Shown: piece after piece, positions 13,827-14,097 of the stretch | Layout: the number at the start of each line of letters is the position of its first letter | How positions within the stretch are numbered: position 1 is the first letter of the stretch | IMG/VR virus record: IMGVR_UViG_3300045988_088018 | DNA: 14,097 bases | Reading direction: 5' to 3' (one strand) | DNA from: a virus | Made by a program: the position numbers and the translations under genes | The notes under the pieces: model-generated | What the model saw: the letters and a program-made list of their open reading frames with translations, nothing else | Told to the model about the DNA's origin: nothing | Databases searched by the model: none

Positions 13827-14097
13827 TCACTAAAGTGAATTGTGTCTAAATTGTTTACACACTGTCACTTTACCGCTTTAAAGCAAGTACTGAGAGCAGT
13901 CTGATAATTTATAGTATGTTCGATTAGTTTTCAGATTATTTATTAAATTGTATGTAAACTTGAGACAATAACTGATTTAGAAGTTGAATTGATGAACTTT
14001 AACTGATTTTATTGTGTTAAAATTATGATAGTTGTCAGACAATAATGTTTGAAAGTGGGGAATTGTTCGATTTGTAGACACAACTCTATTAAGAGTT
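13827..14097. repeat. Right inverted terminal repeat (ITR-R), presumed replication origin
   Basis: It is the reverse complement of 1-271 with 6 substitutions, and the outer 133 bp are identical. Confidence 0.95.

Larger units (their letters stand above)
1..14097 (-). mobile_element. Complete linear genome of a small phi29-like (protein-primed) podophage bounded by inverted terminal repeats
   Basis: The window begins and ends exactly with a 271-bp inverted repeat. It encodes a protein-primed type B DNA polymerase, gp16-like ATPase, gp10-like connector, gp9-like tail knob, gp8-like capsid and lysis genes. All 18 retained ORFs are on the minus strand with GGAGG-type RBSs and short coupling overlaps. 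Confidence 0.85.

Noticed and set aside
1-14097. Interpretation of the 271-bp inverted repeats as transposon/IS ends, a casposon/polinton-like element or a linear plasmid
   Set aside because: No transposase, integrase or Cas1 is present. The content is a full virion module (capsid, connector, knob, collar, appendage), a packaging ATPase and lysis genes, so a protein-primed phage genome is the simplest reading.
1-14097. CRISPR arrays, tRNA or rRNA genes, integrase/attachment sites
   Set aside because: I saw no repeat-spacer periodicity, no cloverleaf-capable GC-rich 70-90 nt segments outside 8477-8560, and no recombinase-like ORF. This is consistent with a strictly lytic mini-podophage.

Overview
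The window appears to be a complete 14,097-bp linear genome of a very small phi29-like podophage that replicates by protein priming. It starts and ends exactly with a 271-bp inverted terminal repeat (ITR), identical at 265 of 271 positions. The DNA is AT-rich, and the RBSs are of the GGAGG type typical of Firmicutes. I keep 18 ORFs, all on the minus strand, tightly packed with ATGA/TAATG/TAGTG-type overlaps. Read right to left, the order is: three small orphan early genes; a candidate terminal protein; a protein-primed family-B DNA polymerase (all exonuclease and polymerase motifs readable); a perfect consensus promoter; a phi29 p5-like SSB candidate; a small ORF; a terminator-like hairpin; a gp16-like packaging ATPase; a second near-consensus promoter followed by a GC-rich structured RNA element; a BhlA/UviB-like holin; a CHAP/NlpC-P60-like endolysin; a small Cys-rich ORF; a repeat-containing putative scaffold; a gp8-like capsid; a gp9-like tail knob; a gp13-like tail lysozyme; a gp10-like connector; a lower collar; a beta-helix tail appendage; and an intrinsic terminator. 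The most interesting unexplained element is the 150-nt non-coding island at 8451-8600. It is about 70% GC in its core, has its own TTGACA-17-TGnTATCAT promoter, and can fold into a three-way junction. It lies between the packaging ATPase and the lysis/late operon, so it could be a packaging-RNA analogue or a regulatory leader. Other points worth checking: a terminator-like hairpin between the SD and the ATG of the ATPase gene, the internal architecture of the ITRs, two perfect in-frame tandem repeats in structural genes, and a Glu in place of the Exo II Asp in the polymerase. All homology statements come from reading motifs and from memory of phi29 proteins. No searches were run.
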